A stretch of DNA of 64,000 nt from contig CAYSJW010000005.1 in assembly GCA_964431555.1 (NCBI GenBank), forward strand, positions 15,215 to 79,214, given 5' to 3'. Origin of the DNA: an uncultured Gammaproteobacteria bacterium (GTDB lineage Bacteria > Patescibacteriota > Microgenomatia > UBA8517). The notes below the pieces were generated by a model, which saw only the letters and a list, made by a program, of their open reading frames with translations, was not told where the DNA came from and did not search any database. This document shows, one piece after another, positions 40,451 to 50,326 of this stretch; the stretch's first letter is position 1, and the number at the start of each line of letters is the position of its first letter. Made by a program: the position numbers and the translations under genes.

Positions 40451-41425
40451 TCAATCCGTGAATATTTGCACAAACATTTTTCCATATACCCCGTTATCTA
40501 TTGCCCCAACTCCAACTTTTTTGAATTCTGGATCTAAAATATTTCTTCTGTGACCCTCGGAGTTCATTAAACCAGCATGAGCTATTTCAACGCTTGGAGC
40601 CAGAGCAAGGTTTTCACCTACTACATTAAACAGAATATTTGCCTTATTTAATCTAGCGGCGACATCTTCACCTTCCGGCGAAAAGTGCCCAAAATAACCC
40701 CTCTCCCACATATCTTTTGCATACTCTCTCGCCACAAAAACCAGTTCCTCCCTCAACGAAAATTCGCTCAAATTTCTTTTTTTTCTTTCTTCATTAATAC
40801 GCATAAACATTAACTCCTCTGAATTTTTATCTTCTGAAAGGTCAAAATCAATAATTTGCAAACTTATACTCTCCCGACTCCCCGGTTGTATAGTCAAATG
40901 GGTAAGAGAATTACTAATTAGCTCTCCGAAAATATCATCTACTCTTGCCTCCAACTGGGCAGTGTTCTTTAGAATTAATGTGCCAAATCTACTTTCATTT
41001 ACATCCTTTTTTACCTTCGGAAAAACTGGAAAACATACAACCAAAACTAAAAGAAAGGTTGAAATTATAATCCCTTGACCTAAAGCTGGAATTATAGCCA
41101 AGATATTATTCCAAGGCTTTTTCCAAAATTTAAAGGGAATCTTGTTGGCTATATCGTAAAATATATAATTTAAGATAAATTCCGAAAATCCGGCAAGAAA
41201 AAGAAAACCTAACGCATTCGACAAAGGCCGGGACAAAGAAAAATTATCTTGTAAAAGAAAGGAAATAGATGAATAACCCAAAAAAGCAACAGTCAAACTT
41301 AAAAGAAAACTAAAAAAATTTGCCAAAACTAGCCAAAAACCAAACCTTAGTGCATCGGTTAAAAAATAAATAAATATCAAAATAATAACCAAATCGACCC
41401 AATTACCCTTTAGCGATAAATTCAT
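40451..41425 (-). CDS. Membrane protein with a C-terminal CAP/SCP (PR-1-like, YkwD-type) domain.
   Basis: N-terminal multi-TM region. C-terminal YFGHFSPEGEDVAARL...GENLA...GHRRNILDPEFKKVGVGA matches CAP domain motifs. Confidence 0.7.
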   Translation of the reverse strand: MNLSLKGNWVDLVIILIFIYFLTDALRFGFWLVLANFFSFLLSLTVAFLGYSSISFLLQDNFSLSRPLSNALGFLFLAGFSEFILNYIFYDIANKIPFKFWKKPWNNILAIIPALGQGIIISTFLLVLVVCFPVFPKVKKDVNESRFGTLILKNTAQLEARVDDIFGELISNSLTHLTIQPGSRESISLQIIDFDLSEDKNSEELMFMRINEERKKRNLSEFSLREELVFVAREYAKDMWERGYFGHFSPEGEDVAARLNKANILFNVVGENLALAPSVEIAHAGLMNSEGHRRNILDPEFKKVGVGAIDNGVYGKMFVQIFTD

Positions 41426-41472
41426 AAATCTAACCTCAAAACATACGTTTTATTATTCAAGACTGAAAAATC

Positions 41473-41772
41473 TCACTTTCCAAATTTTGTTTTAAGTTTT
41501 AATTTTTTAGTTTTAAGCTCTTTTAACTTCCACATAAAAAGCTTCGGCTTTGATTTAACGTTATAAGCTTCCTTGACAAAATTCCTCGCTTCTTCCAATA
41601 AAATTCTAGGTGTTTCCTTAGCCAGCTTGATATAAAGAGATTTATGATTAAGGTCACCCAATTCTTGGGCTAAATCGTAGCCATATTTTTGAAACTCGCG
41701 AGAAATATACTTATCCTTGCCTTTCTCAAACTTTTCCAAGATATCAGAAATTTTGGTAAAATCCTTAGGCAT
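41473..41772 (-). CDS. Hypothetical protein (99 aa, basic).
   Basis: ORF with coding-like composition and no motifs. Confidence 0.35.
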   Translation of the reverse strand: MPKDFTKISDILEKFEKGKDKYISREFQKYGYDLAQELGDLNHKSLYIKLAKETPRILLEEARNFVKEAYNVKSKPKLFMWKLKELKTKKLKLKTKFGK

Positions 41773-42311
41773 ACCAATTTATTTCTTAAACACATACAAC
41801 TAACAACTATTTCCTACATCCTACATCTTACTTGCTACTTCCTAACCCCAACTTCCAATCACCTACAACTAACCCCCTACCACTCACAACTAACTTCTCA
41901 CAACCCACCACTCATTTCCCATTACCTACAACCAATATCCATAACCCACTACTTACATCATCAACTTATTTATATTTAAATTTTTTATCCACTTTGATGA
42001 TTCGAATCATAGATACAGACTATCCTCATACACTTCACTAACAACAACCTATTACCTACTTCTCACTGCTCACTACCATCTGCTAATAACTACCAACCAC
42101 CTACTTCCTACTTCCTATATTCTACATCCTACATCTTACTTGCTACTTCCTAACCCCAACTTCCAATCACCTACAACTAACCCCCTACCACTCACAACTA
42201 ACTTCTCACAACCCACCACTCACTACTCACTACCCACTACTCACTATCCACCACTCACTACCAACAACCAACTACTCACAACTCCCTACCCTCTCAAATA
42301 AATCAGGGATA
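41770..42311 (+). repeat. A 540-nt tract almost devoid of G on the plus strand, built from degenerate heptamer repeats (CYCACWA / CCACTAM). It contains a 100-bp perfect internal direct repeat.
   Basis: Only ~7 G in 540 nt. Heptamer periodicity is visible, e.g. CCACTCA CAACTAA CTTCTCA CAACCCA CCACTCA. 41814..41914 is identical to 42123..42223. A 14-bp perfect palindrome ATGATTCGAATCAT lies at 41997..42010, preceded by the DnaA-box-like TTATCCACT. Confidence 0.9.
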
Positions 42312-42853
42312 ACTTTTTCAATTACCTCTTTGAGTTTTACTTTCTCATCTTCCCTAAAATCCTGCAAAACATATTTTTCTCCCGGAATCCTTTCAACAAA
42401 ACTTCGATTATCCACCCCAATTCTTACTCTCCAAAAATCCTTTGTCTTCAGTTCCTTCTCGATAGACAAAATCCCATTATGAAGCTTCGGACCAACACCA
42501 AATTGGATTTTATAATCTCCAAGCCGTAAATCCAAATCATCATGAATAACCCAAAGATCTGGCAATATTACTTTAAAATGATTTATCAATTTATACAATG
42601 CAATTCCGGATAAATTCATAGACGTTTGGGGTTTTGCAAAAACAGTTTTTTGATTAGAATTTTCAGAATTTCTGCAAATACAAATCAAGGACTGAAGTTT
42701 ACTATTATTTTTAAATTTCAAGTCACAATTTTTATTTTTCAATTTTAAATTTTGAATCTGAAAGACCAAGGCATCCAAAATCATAAACCCAATATTATGT
42801 CTTGTACCTTCAAATTTTTTCCCCGGATTTCCCAAACCGGCAATTAATTTCAT
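42272..42853 (-). CDS. pth: Peptidyl-tRNA hydrolase.
   Basis: MKLIAGLGNPGKKFEGTRHNIGFMILDAL is the Pth signature N-terminus. 193 aa. Confidence 0.9.
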   Translation of the reverse strand: MKLIAGLGNPGKKFEGTRHNIGFMILDALVFQIQNLKLKNKNCDLKFKNNSKLQSLICICRNSENSNQKTVFAKPQTSMNLSGIALYKLINHFKVILPDLWVIHDDLDLRLGDYKIQFGVGPKLHNGILSIEKELKTKDFWRVRIGVDNRSFVERIPGEKYVLQDFREDEKVKLKEVIEKVIPDLFERVGSCE

Positions 42854-42913
42854 TGCAATAATTTTATCACGCCAAGTTTGACAAAGAAGAAGAAGAAGAA
42901 GTAATCTTTAAAT

Positions 42914-43609
42914 ATGAGTGAAGAGAATCCCAACCAAAATAACTCACCCCAATCTAACGAAAGTGGAATGAGAATACTTGAAAGAATGAGTGGTATTAAC
43001 CCTGAAATTAAAGATATGGTTGATGATCTTATAGGCTTGGGGTTAGGAAGACCAATTGCTCGTAGGATAACTCAAGAAGTTATAGCCAAAGAACTAAACG
43101 AAGGACAAGTTATTGCTAAAACCTTAGCTAGAACAGAAGGATTAGAATACACACCAAAAAATGTTAAGGAAAGTTTAGAATATCTAGGAATTATCTTACC
43201 CTGCGATCCCAATAATAATGAGCATCTTGTAATTCTTGTAGATGGAAGTATATTTATCATTCAACCAAACGAAGAAAGCGAATATTTTAAAGATTTATAC
43301 AAAAAATTCACAAGCCCAGGCGAATTTCCTCTTAAAGTCCTTAGTGAAAATACCCTACCAAAATTAAGACATGAATTATTATCAAGAAATTCATTTCCAC
43401 ACATTGAAAATAATATTTATTTCCAATTAATTGCATCCTCGGACAATCCTCAACAAAAAGATCTCATAACCTCAAAAATAAAAGATGCTCTTCAATTAGC
43501 TGTCCAAATAAAAGAAGAAAAAGAAAGAGCTCGTCAAGAGGTGGCAGATCAAACAATCAAATTATTTAGAGAATTCTTCCGTTCTTCAGAACCAGAGAAG
43601 GGCGAATAA
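42914..43609 (+). CDS. Hypothetical protein.
   Basis: 231-aa ORF with no motifs. Confidence 0.4.
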   Translation: MSEENPNQNNSPQSNESGMRILERMSGINPEIKDMVDDLIGLGLGRPIARRITQEVIAKELNEGQVIAKTLARTEGLEYTPKNVKESLEYLGIILPCDPNNNEHLVILVDGSIFIIQPNEESEYFKDLYKKFTSPGEFPLKVLSENTLPKLRHELLSRNSFPHIENNIYFQLIASSDNPQQKDLITSKIKDALQLAVQIKEEKERARQEVADQTIKLFREFFRSSEPEKGE

Positions 43610-43624
43610 CTTAAATATGAGTAA

Positions 43625-44278
43625 TTAAGAGTTTCCTTCCCTGATAAATGGCACAAAGTGAAAGTTCCCAAATTTCTCCTTCTTAAATCTTTTAATTCCT
43701 CGCTTTTTTAGTTTTACATACCTTACCATAGTCTTATCAATACCACTCCCCACCGGAGCAACCAAGACTCCGCCTACCTTTAATTGCTCAAATAAATCTT
43801 TAGGAACTTTCTCAACCCCAGCTGTTATCATAATCGCATCAAACGGAGCCATTTCCCCCCATCCCCATTCTCCACTCCCTGTCTTAACAAAAACATTTCT
43901 AAATCCTAAATCTGCAAGTACAGTTCTCGCGCGTTCTGCCAATTCTGGAATGATTTCTATCGTATAAACTTTCTTAAAAAACTTTGAAAGTATCGCAGCC
44001 TGATATCCACTCCCTGTTCCAATTTCAAGCACTTTTTGGTTTTTTAATTTTGATTTTTGATTCACCAAAAGGTGTGTCATAAAAGCCACCGTATAAGGCT
44101 GGCTCATCGTCTGACCGAAACCAATTGGCACTGGAGCATCTCTGTAAGCCTGACTCCAACTCTCTCTAGAAAGAAATTTATGCCTCGGCACCTTAAGCAT
44201 AACGGAAAGAACCTTCGGTGAATTAAGACCATATCTTTCTTTTATCAAAATAACCATCTGCCTTCTTTTTTCTTTCAT
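43625..44278 (-). CDS. pcm: Protein-L-isoaspartate O-methyltransferase.
   Basis: VLEIGTGSGYQAAILSKF (SAM motif I) and the N-terminal ...VPRHKFL... characteristic of PIMT. Confidence 0.85.
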   Translation of the reverse strand: MKEKRRQMVILIKERYGLNSPKVLSVMLKVPRHKFLSRESWSQAYRDAPVPIGFGQTMSQPYTVAFMTHLLVNQKSKLKNQKVLEIGTGSGYQAAILSKFFKKVYTIEIIPELAERARTVLADLGFRNVFVKTGSGEWGWGEMAPFDAIMITAGVEKVPKDLFEQLKVGGVLVAPVGSGIDKTMVRYVKLKKRGIKRFKKEKFGNFHFVPFIREGNS

Positions 44279-44392
44279 TAAAAATAGGGGCAGAAAACCA
44301 AAAGAGTTTAGAAATTAGAAAAAGTTATTAGTCTCCAAATACTACTAAACAAATCACAACAAAAATCCAACTTATAAACCCTGACAAAAAAA

Positions 44393-44734
44393 CTATGCTT
44401 TCTTTTCTAAATTCCTGACAAACTTCCTGGCATATGAACCCAATATGGGAACTTCCCATTCTTCTCCTTGCCAGGCTTTATAAATTAAAACCAACCACAA
44501 AACAAAACTTAGAATCGAAATTAAAGGCACAACTGGTAGTAAAATTATCGTAAGTCCAACAACCCACTGCAAAACAAAAAGTACCACAAAAACCACTATC
44601 GACTGCATTGCATGGAACCTTACAAAGGGATCTTTCTCAAGAACCAAAAAAATAAATCCTGTTATAAAAAATAGAACGTAGGAAAGTGCTCCTGCAGTAT
44701 TTTTCGGTAAACCGGTTCCTAATTTTTCTGTCAT
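44393..44734 (-). CDS. DUF4870-like small membrane protein.
   Basis: Three TM helices and a conserved-looking FHAMQS segment. Confidence 0.45.
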   Translation of the reverse strand: MTEKLGTGLPKNTAGALSYVLFFITGFIFLVLEKDPFVRFHAMQSIVVFVVLFVLQWVVGLTIILLPVVPLISILSFVLWLVLIYKAWQGEEWEVPILGSYARKFVRNLEKKA

Positions 44735-44903
44735 AATTTACTCACCTCTTTTCTCTGCTAGAAACTTTCCCAAAATCAACTTGCCAACTCCAAAGCTTCC
44801 AGCAAAACACTCATTATCATATTAACTAAAAAATCAAATTAAAAAAAGGGGTTTAATCATCTTTAAGCTTGATATAAGTAATCTTTACTCTTAAGATTAG
44901 ACT

Positions 44904-45851
44904 ATGCCAATAGGGATAAACTTTCTGATTCTAATTGCCAGTCTAATCGTTTTGGCTAAATCCGCTAGCCTAGTTGTTAATAATTTAATCAAAACCGCAA
45001 ATATCCTTCGCTTAAGTACTTTTATTGTCTCCTTCGTAATACTTGGTGTTGCCACCTCAACCCCGGAAATATTTGTGGGCATTAATTCTATTCTCGAAAA
45101 CTCGCCACAACTTTCCTTTGGAAATTTAATTGGCGCAACCATTGTTCTTTTATCTTTAATTTCAGGTTTGACAGCGCTTATCACAGGCAAAGTCATAGTT
45201 GACGCGACATTTACTAAAAAAGATCTTTTCATAATGAATTTAATAATATTAATGCCAATTCTTCTCCTTTATGACGGCAAATTAACAAAAATTGACTCAC
45301 TGACAATACTTACAACCTACCTAATTTATGTTGTCAGAATGTATCAGGAAAGACATAAACTTGCTCATCCTATAACACACCAGAATCATAATAATCTCCT
45401 TTTTAAATACTTACTTCTAATAGCCCTAGGTTTTACGGGTTTATTTATATCTTCTCATTATGCCGTTCATTCTGCCGTAAGCATAGCCAAGACCTTAAAA
45501 ATACCAGTGCTTCTTCTGGGTATTCTTCTTTTCTCGATAGGGACAAACTTTCCTGAACTGTCCATCGCCTTTTCTGCAATCAAAAAAAAGCAAAAAACAA
45601 TCGTATTGGGTAATGTTATGGGAAGCGCCACAACAAACTCTCTGATAATTGCAACAATCTCTTTCTTAAAACCCTTTGAAATACAAGATCTTAACACTTT
45701 TGTTGTAAGTGTCTTTTTTCTCGCAACTTCAGTTACATCTTTTTCCCTTTTTGTTAAGAGCAAAAATGAAATATCAAGACTCGAAGGGTTATTCCTACTT
45801 TCAATCTATTCTTTCTTTTTCATCTTTGAGATATTGAGTAAAATCCCTTAA
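44904..45851 (+). CDS. CaCA-family cation/Ca2+ exchanger (YrbG-like).
   Basis: Two alpha-repeat signatures, GVATSTPEIFVGI and GTNFPELSIAFSA (G.S.PE motifs), in a polytopic membrane protein. Confidence 0.8.
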   Translation: MPIGINFLILIASLIVLAKSASLVVNNLIKTANILRLSTFIVSFVILGVATSTPEIFVGINSILENSPQLSFGNLIGATIVLLSLISGLTALITGKVIVDATFTKKDLFIMNLIILMPILLLYDGKLTKIDSLTILTTYLIYVVRMYQERHKLAHPITHQNHNNLLFKYLLLIALGFTGLFISSHYAVHSAVSIAKTLKIPVLLLGILLFSIGTNFPELSIAFSAIKKKQKTIVLGNVMGSATTNSLIIATISFLKPFEIQDLNTFVVSVFFLATSVTSFSLFVKSKNEISRLEGLFLLSIYSFFFIFEILSKIP

Positions 45852-45853
45852 AC

Positions 45854-48319
45854 TCACAAATTATTATACGCCCTGATTAATCTTTTTTTAAGGATTTCAA
45901 AAATCAAAAAAACAAAAACACCTAGTAGTATAACCATCAACCAATACCTCAATTCCAAAATTTCAAGATTTAAAAATTCTCTTGTTTTATTAAACAAAAA
46001 TGGGAAAATCTGAAGTACAAAGCCAGAAAAAACCGCAATATTTAACCACTTATTATCAAATAATCTTAAAAACCTAGACGAACCCCTTAAGTATCTAATA
46101 GAAAAAACATAGAATAACGAAATTGTCCCTAACATCGCAAAGGCAATTGATCTTGCTAAATTTTCATTTTTCGTAAAAGTCAAAACAACCACAAATATTA
46201 AAAGTGCAAAAAACCCGCTAATTAAGGAAATAGTCAACATTAACTTCTTCATCCAAGGAGCAATTATTTTTTCGTTTGGATTTCTTGGAGGTAAGTTCAT
46301 CAAATTCTCGTCTTTCGGATCAACAGTCAAAGCCAAATGCGGAAAACTATCAGAAACCAAATTAATCCAGAGGATCTGCCCGGCAGATAAAGGTAATGGC
46401 AAATTAAAAATTAAAGCTCCAACAACCGCAGTTATTTCGGAAAAGCAGTTACTCATTAGGTAAAGTACAATTTTTCTAATATTGTCAAATATTCCTCTTC
46501 CCTCCTCAATTGCCGAAACAATCGTTGCAAAGGATGAATCAAGAAGTATCAAATCAGCAGATTCTTTGGCAACATCCGTTGCATCCCCCACCACAATCCC
46601 TATATCAGCATGTTTTAAGGCCGGCGCATCATTAACCCCATCACCCATCATCGCGACAACTTCATTATTTTTCTTCAAAGCTTTGACAATTTTGAGTTTC
46701 TGCGATGGAGTAGTTCTTGCAAAAAGCAAACTTTCATTTTTCTTCAACTTCTCTCTTAAAGAATCTAAAGAAAGTTTTTCCAGATCATCTCCTAACACAA
46801 TCTGACTCTCCTTAACTTCCAATCCGATATTTTTCAAAACAGACCGGGCTGTTTGAGCATAATCTCCGGTTATCACAATTAGCTTTACCTTGGCTTTCTT
46901 AACTTTTTCAAATGCTTCTTTAACTCCAGATCTTATCGGATCTGAAAAAGCAACCATCCCAACCCAAACCAAATCTTTCTTTACATCATTTTTTGAAATA
47001 GTCTTTTTGCCTTCATCTACTTCCTTTTTTGCCATACCCAAAATACGCTTTCCCTCGGTTGTAAGCCTGTCTATTTCAGCTTTTACTTTTAACTTTTCTT
47101 CTTTGGACAAATTACACCACTCAAGTAAAAATTCTGGCGCTCCATTAACAAAAAGGATCTTTCTTCCCAAACTTGCAAAATTGAGGCTGGCAAAATATCT
47201 TTCTACCGACGAGAAGGGAATTGAATCTATTCTCCCATGCTTTTTAAGATAATCATCAACGCTTGCTCCATTTAAATCCTTATTAGTCAATTTTTTATTC
47301 GCCCAACTCCAAAGAGTTGTCAATAAAGGATCATCTAAATCATTGGCAATTAGGGATTGTTTAGCAATCATAATCTCATCACCTAAAACATCTGTAACCT
47401 GCATCTGGCCTTGAGTCAAAGTTCCAGTCTTATCAATACAAATTGTGGTTACACCCCCAAGAGTTTCCGCTGAAACCAGATTTTTAACCAAACCTTTTTC
47501 CTTTAATATTTTTTGCATTCCTATTGCCAAAACCACCGTCAAACCAACCAGAAGTCCCTCGGGGATTGAAGAAACCGCCAAAGCAACGCTGATGGTAAAA
47601 ATTTCTAAAAGCTCTTTTCCCACAATCAATCCGATAACAAAAACAAATGTAATCAAAAAAAATACTAAAATAGTTAATTGACGGCTAAAATAGACAAGTT
47701 GTCTTCTTAAGGGAGTATCCTCTTGAAACTCCTGAACCTGCAAGGCTATTTTCCCCAGTTCAGTATTTTTACCTGTTGAATCAACCAAAAAAATTCCCCT
47801 TCCACTGGTTACAACCGTCCCCATATAAACCTTATCCCCAACTTCTTTTCCTAAAGGTAAAGATTCCCCTGTCAAAACCGCTTCAGAAATAAAAATTCGA
47901 CTAACATCTAATAAAGTTCCATCAGCGGGAACTTTGTCGCCGGTATTCAAAATACAGACATCTCCAGGAACTAATTCTTCCGCCAATATTTTTATTCTTT
48001 TACCATCTCTCACCACTTCTGCCTGAGGTTGAATAAGTCTTTTCAAAGCGTAAAGAGCTTTACTTGCTCTTCTTTCCTGAAAAAAACCGAGTATGGTATT
48101 AAGAAAGACTGCAATGAAAATTATTAACGAATCAGAGAAATCACGCAAAAGTAAAGTTACCAAACCTGCGGCAAGCAAAACATAAACAAGAGGGCTTTTA
48201 AGTTGGTTAATAAAAACTACCAAAGCAGAAGGGAGTGGTTTTTCAGGCAGTTTATTTAATCCATATTGAGCCAATCTATCCTTAACTTCAGACGCACTAA
48301 GTCCTTCTTTTTTTGGCAT
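45854..48319 (-). CDS. P-type ATPase, type IIA-like Ca2+-transporting.
   Basis: Phosphorylation motif ICIDKTGTLTQG, hinge MMGDGVNDAPALKHADIGI and a TGES-region (VLTGESLP). 821 aa. Confidence 0.9.
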   Translation of the reverse strand: MPKKEGLSASEVKDRLAQYGLNKLPEKPLPSALVVFINQLKSPLVYVLLAAGLVTLLLRDFSDSLIIFIAVFLNTILGFFQERRASKALYALKRLIQPQAEVVRDGKRIKILAEELVPGDVCILNTGDKVPADGTLLDVSRIFISEAVLTGESLPLGKEVGDKVYMGTVVTSGRGIFLVDSTGKNTELGKIALQVQEFQEDTPLRRQLVYFSRQLTILVFFLITFVFVIGLIVGKELLEIFTISVALAVSSIPEGLLVGLTVVLAIGMQKILKEKGLVKNLVSAETLGGVTTICIDKTGTLTQGQMQVTDVLGDEIMIAKQSLIANDLDDPLLTTLWSWANKKLTNKDLNGASVDDYLKKHGRIDSIPFSSVERYFASLNFASLGRKILFVNGAPEFLLEWCNLSKEEKLKVKAEIDRLTTEGKRILGMAKKEVDEGKKTISKNDVKKDLVWVGMVAFSDPIRSGVKEAFEKVKKAKVKLIVITGDYAQTARSVLKNIGLEVKESQIVLGDDLEKLSLDSLREKLKKNESLLFARTTPSQKLKIVKALKKNNEVVAMMGDGVNDAPALKHADIGIVVGDATDVAKESADLILLDSSFATIVSAIEEGRGIFDNIRKIVLYLMSNCFSEITAVVGALIFNLPLPLSAGQILWINLVSDSFPHLALTVDPKDENLMNLPPRNPNEKIIAPWMKKLMLTISLISGFFALLIFVVVLTFTKNENLARSIAFAMLGTISLFYVFSIRYLRGSSRFLRLFDNKWLNIAVFSGFVLQIFPFLFNKTREFLNLEILELRYWLMVILLGVFVFLIFEILKKRLIRAYNNL

Positions 48320-48343
48320 AAATTAATCCTATCATAAAACTAC

Positions 48344-50110
48344 CTAGTTTTTTTGCAATTTATAAAGCCTTTTCAATTCAGTTATTGTTGTTGCTTCCTT
48401 TGGAGATTTATCCTCCCTAAATCTAACCAGCCTCGGAAATCTCAAGGCAAATCCACTGGAGTGAGTCGGACTCACGGTTATTTCATCAGCAGCAATTTCA
48501 ACCACCAACGAAGGTTCAACCCAAAAATCAGGCTCTAGCAACTTATCAACCAAATAACTTTTTGGTTTTTCTTTAGCCTCTAATCCTGTTAATCTTTTTT
48601 TTAATTCATGAAATTGCTCATCCGTCAAACCTGTTCCAACCTTTGTAACAGTTTTTACTATCTCCCCATCTAAAATTCCAACCAAAAATTGACCTACTCC
48701 AAAAGAGACTCTTTTTCCACGACCTAAAGAATATCCCATTACAATACAATCGACAGTATCAGCTAATTTTGCCTTTGCTCCTTCTTCTTCCTTCATCTTA
48801 ACCCATCTCCATCCCGTTCTACCTGCAACGTATTTACTGTCATATTTTTTGACAATTATTCCTTCCATTCCTTGTTTTAACCTCTCTCTCATAAGCCGGC
48901 TAATCACTTCAGGATCTTGGGTCACTTCATAATCAACAACTTCAAGCAAACTATTTTTCTTTATCACCTCTGATAATATTTTTCTTCTTTCTTCATAAGG
49001 TAAATTCACCAAACTTTCTCCGTCCTTATACATCAGGTCAAAAACACAAAATTTTATTGAAACTTTTGAAGCAATTTTTTCTATGTCGTGCTTTCTTCTC
49101 CTAGTCATAGTTGTCTGAAAATTAGCCAATGATTTTCTCTCCTCATCCACCCCAATGCCCTCACTATCAAAAATCGCCTCCTGACAATTAATATATCTTT
49201 CGACACCCTTCAGTTCCGGAAACATCCATGAAGTCTCATTCAAATTTCTGGTAAAAGCTTTAACTTTAGTCCCATCAGAAAAACCAGACCTTTTATAATG
49301 AATTTGTATTCTAAGACCATCAAATTTAGGCTCAACAAAAACCTTTTTCATCTTCTCTATCATTTCTTTGGGACTTTTCAATCTCTGTGCCAGCATGGGT
49401 AAAATCGGCACACCGACTTCGGGCTTGATTCTTTTTACCGACTCATCTATTCCAAACTTCTTAACCTCTCTGGCCAAAAGCCCGACATCCGGATAAAGAT
49501 TATAAGCTGTTTCAATTTTTCCTCTTTTTTCCTTGCTTCCAGTTTCCATCCAAGACAAGGCATCAATAACCGTCTTATCAGAAAAACCTAATCTCAACTT
49601 ACCCAAAGGAATTCTGACAACAAAACGACATGACAAAGGATCCAAAAACGAGATAAGCTTGGACATTTTTTCTATCTTTCTTTCCTGACTTCCTTCTCCC
49701 TCATCTGAAGCTATTTCCAAAAGCTTTTCATGAACTTCCCTAACACTGAGTTCGTAAGAATTACCTTTCCTTTTACGCTCATTTGCCAGTCTAAAAGCAA
49801 CCTCCCCCAAATCTCCTTCCTTTTTATACATTTCAACTACCAAGGCAACCTCAATTGAATAAGCCCCTGCCAAAGCCCTAACTAGCATTTTTTCAGCCAA
49901 ATTAAAAACCACACCTGAATAAATAGGTGCTAAATTCCCCAAAATCAAATAGACCACTTTATCTATTTCGCTTTCATTTGATTTTGCAAAAAGTTCGGCA
50001 AGTATTTTTGTAATTTCTATTCTGGATGAAGTTTTTTCCAGTCTTTCTAAATATCTTGCGAGATTTCTAAATGTCATAAGTTTAATCAAACAAACCTTAT
50101 ATAGACCCAA
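48344..50110 (-). CDS. ATP-dependent DNA ligase. The probable start is the internal MTFRNLARYLERLE (~50077).
   Basis: Adenylation motif I KFDGLRIQIHY (KxDG), plus N-terminal DNA-binding and C-terminal OB-fold regions typical of archaeal/eukaryal-type ligases. Confidence 0.85.
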   Translation of the reverse strand: MGLYKVCLIKLMTFRNLARYLERLEKTSSRIEITKILAELFAKSNESEIDKVVYLILGNLAPIYSGVVFNLAEKMLVRALAGAYSIEVALVVEMYKKEGDLGEVAFRLANERKRKGNSYELSVREVHEKLLEIASDEGEGSQERKIEKMSKLISFLDPLSCRFVVRIPLGKLRLGFSDKTVIDALSWMETGSKEKRGKIETAYNLYPDVGLLAREVKKFGIDESVKRIKPEVGVPILPMLAQRLKSPKEMIEKMKKVFVEPKFDGLRIQIHYKRSGFSDGTKVKAFTRNLNETSWMFPELKGVERYINCQEAIFDSEGIGVDEERKSLANFQTTMTRRRKHDIEKIASKVSIKFCVFDLMYKDGESLVNLPYEERRKILSEVIKKNSLLEVVDYEVTQDPEVISRLMRERLKQGMEGIIVKKYDSKYVAGRTGWRWVKMKEEEGAKAKLADTVDCIVMGYSLGRGKRVSFGVGQFLVGILDGEIVKTVTKVGTGLTDEQFHELKKRLTGLEAKEKPKSYLVDKLLEPDFWVEPSLVVEIAADEITVSPTHSSGFALRFPRLVRFREDKSPKEATTITELKRLYKLQKN

Positions 50111-50297
50111 AGTACGACGAGAAGAATAAATAAGCGAAAATCACCACCCCTATAAAGACAATACCAAAAACAACACTTATCATACCGCCAGATTCTTCAT
50201 GGATCATCTTATTAAGACCATCCCCTATTAATGTCAAACCAAAAAGGCTTGGAAGAATCAAAATCATATATAAAAACTGAGGATCGGTTGCCGACAT
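50097..50297 (-). CDS. Small membrane protein (66 aa).
   Basis: Two hydrophobic helices; compact spacing between the ligase and Fic genes. Confidence 0.3.
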   Translation of the reverse strand: MSATDPQFLYMILILPSLFGLTLIGDGLNKMIHEESGGMISVVFGIVFIGVVIFAYLFFSSYFGSI

Positions 50298-50326
50298 ATC
50301 TTATAAGATTTTAAAACTAATTTAAA

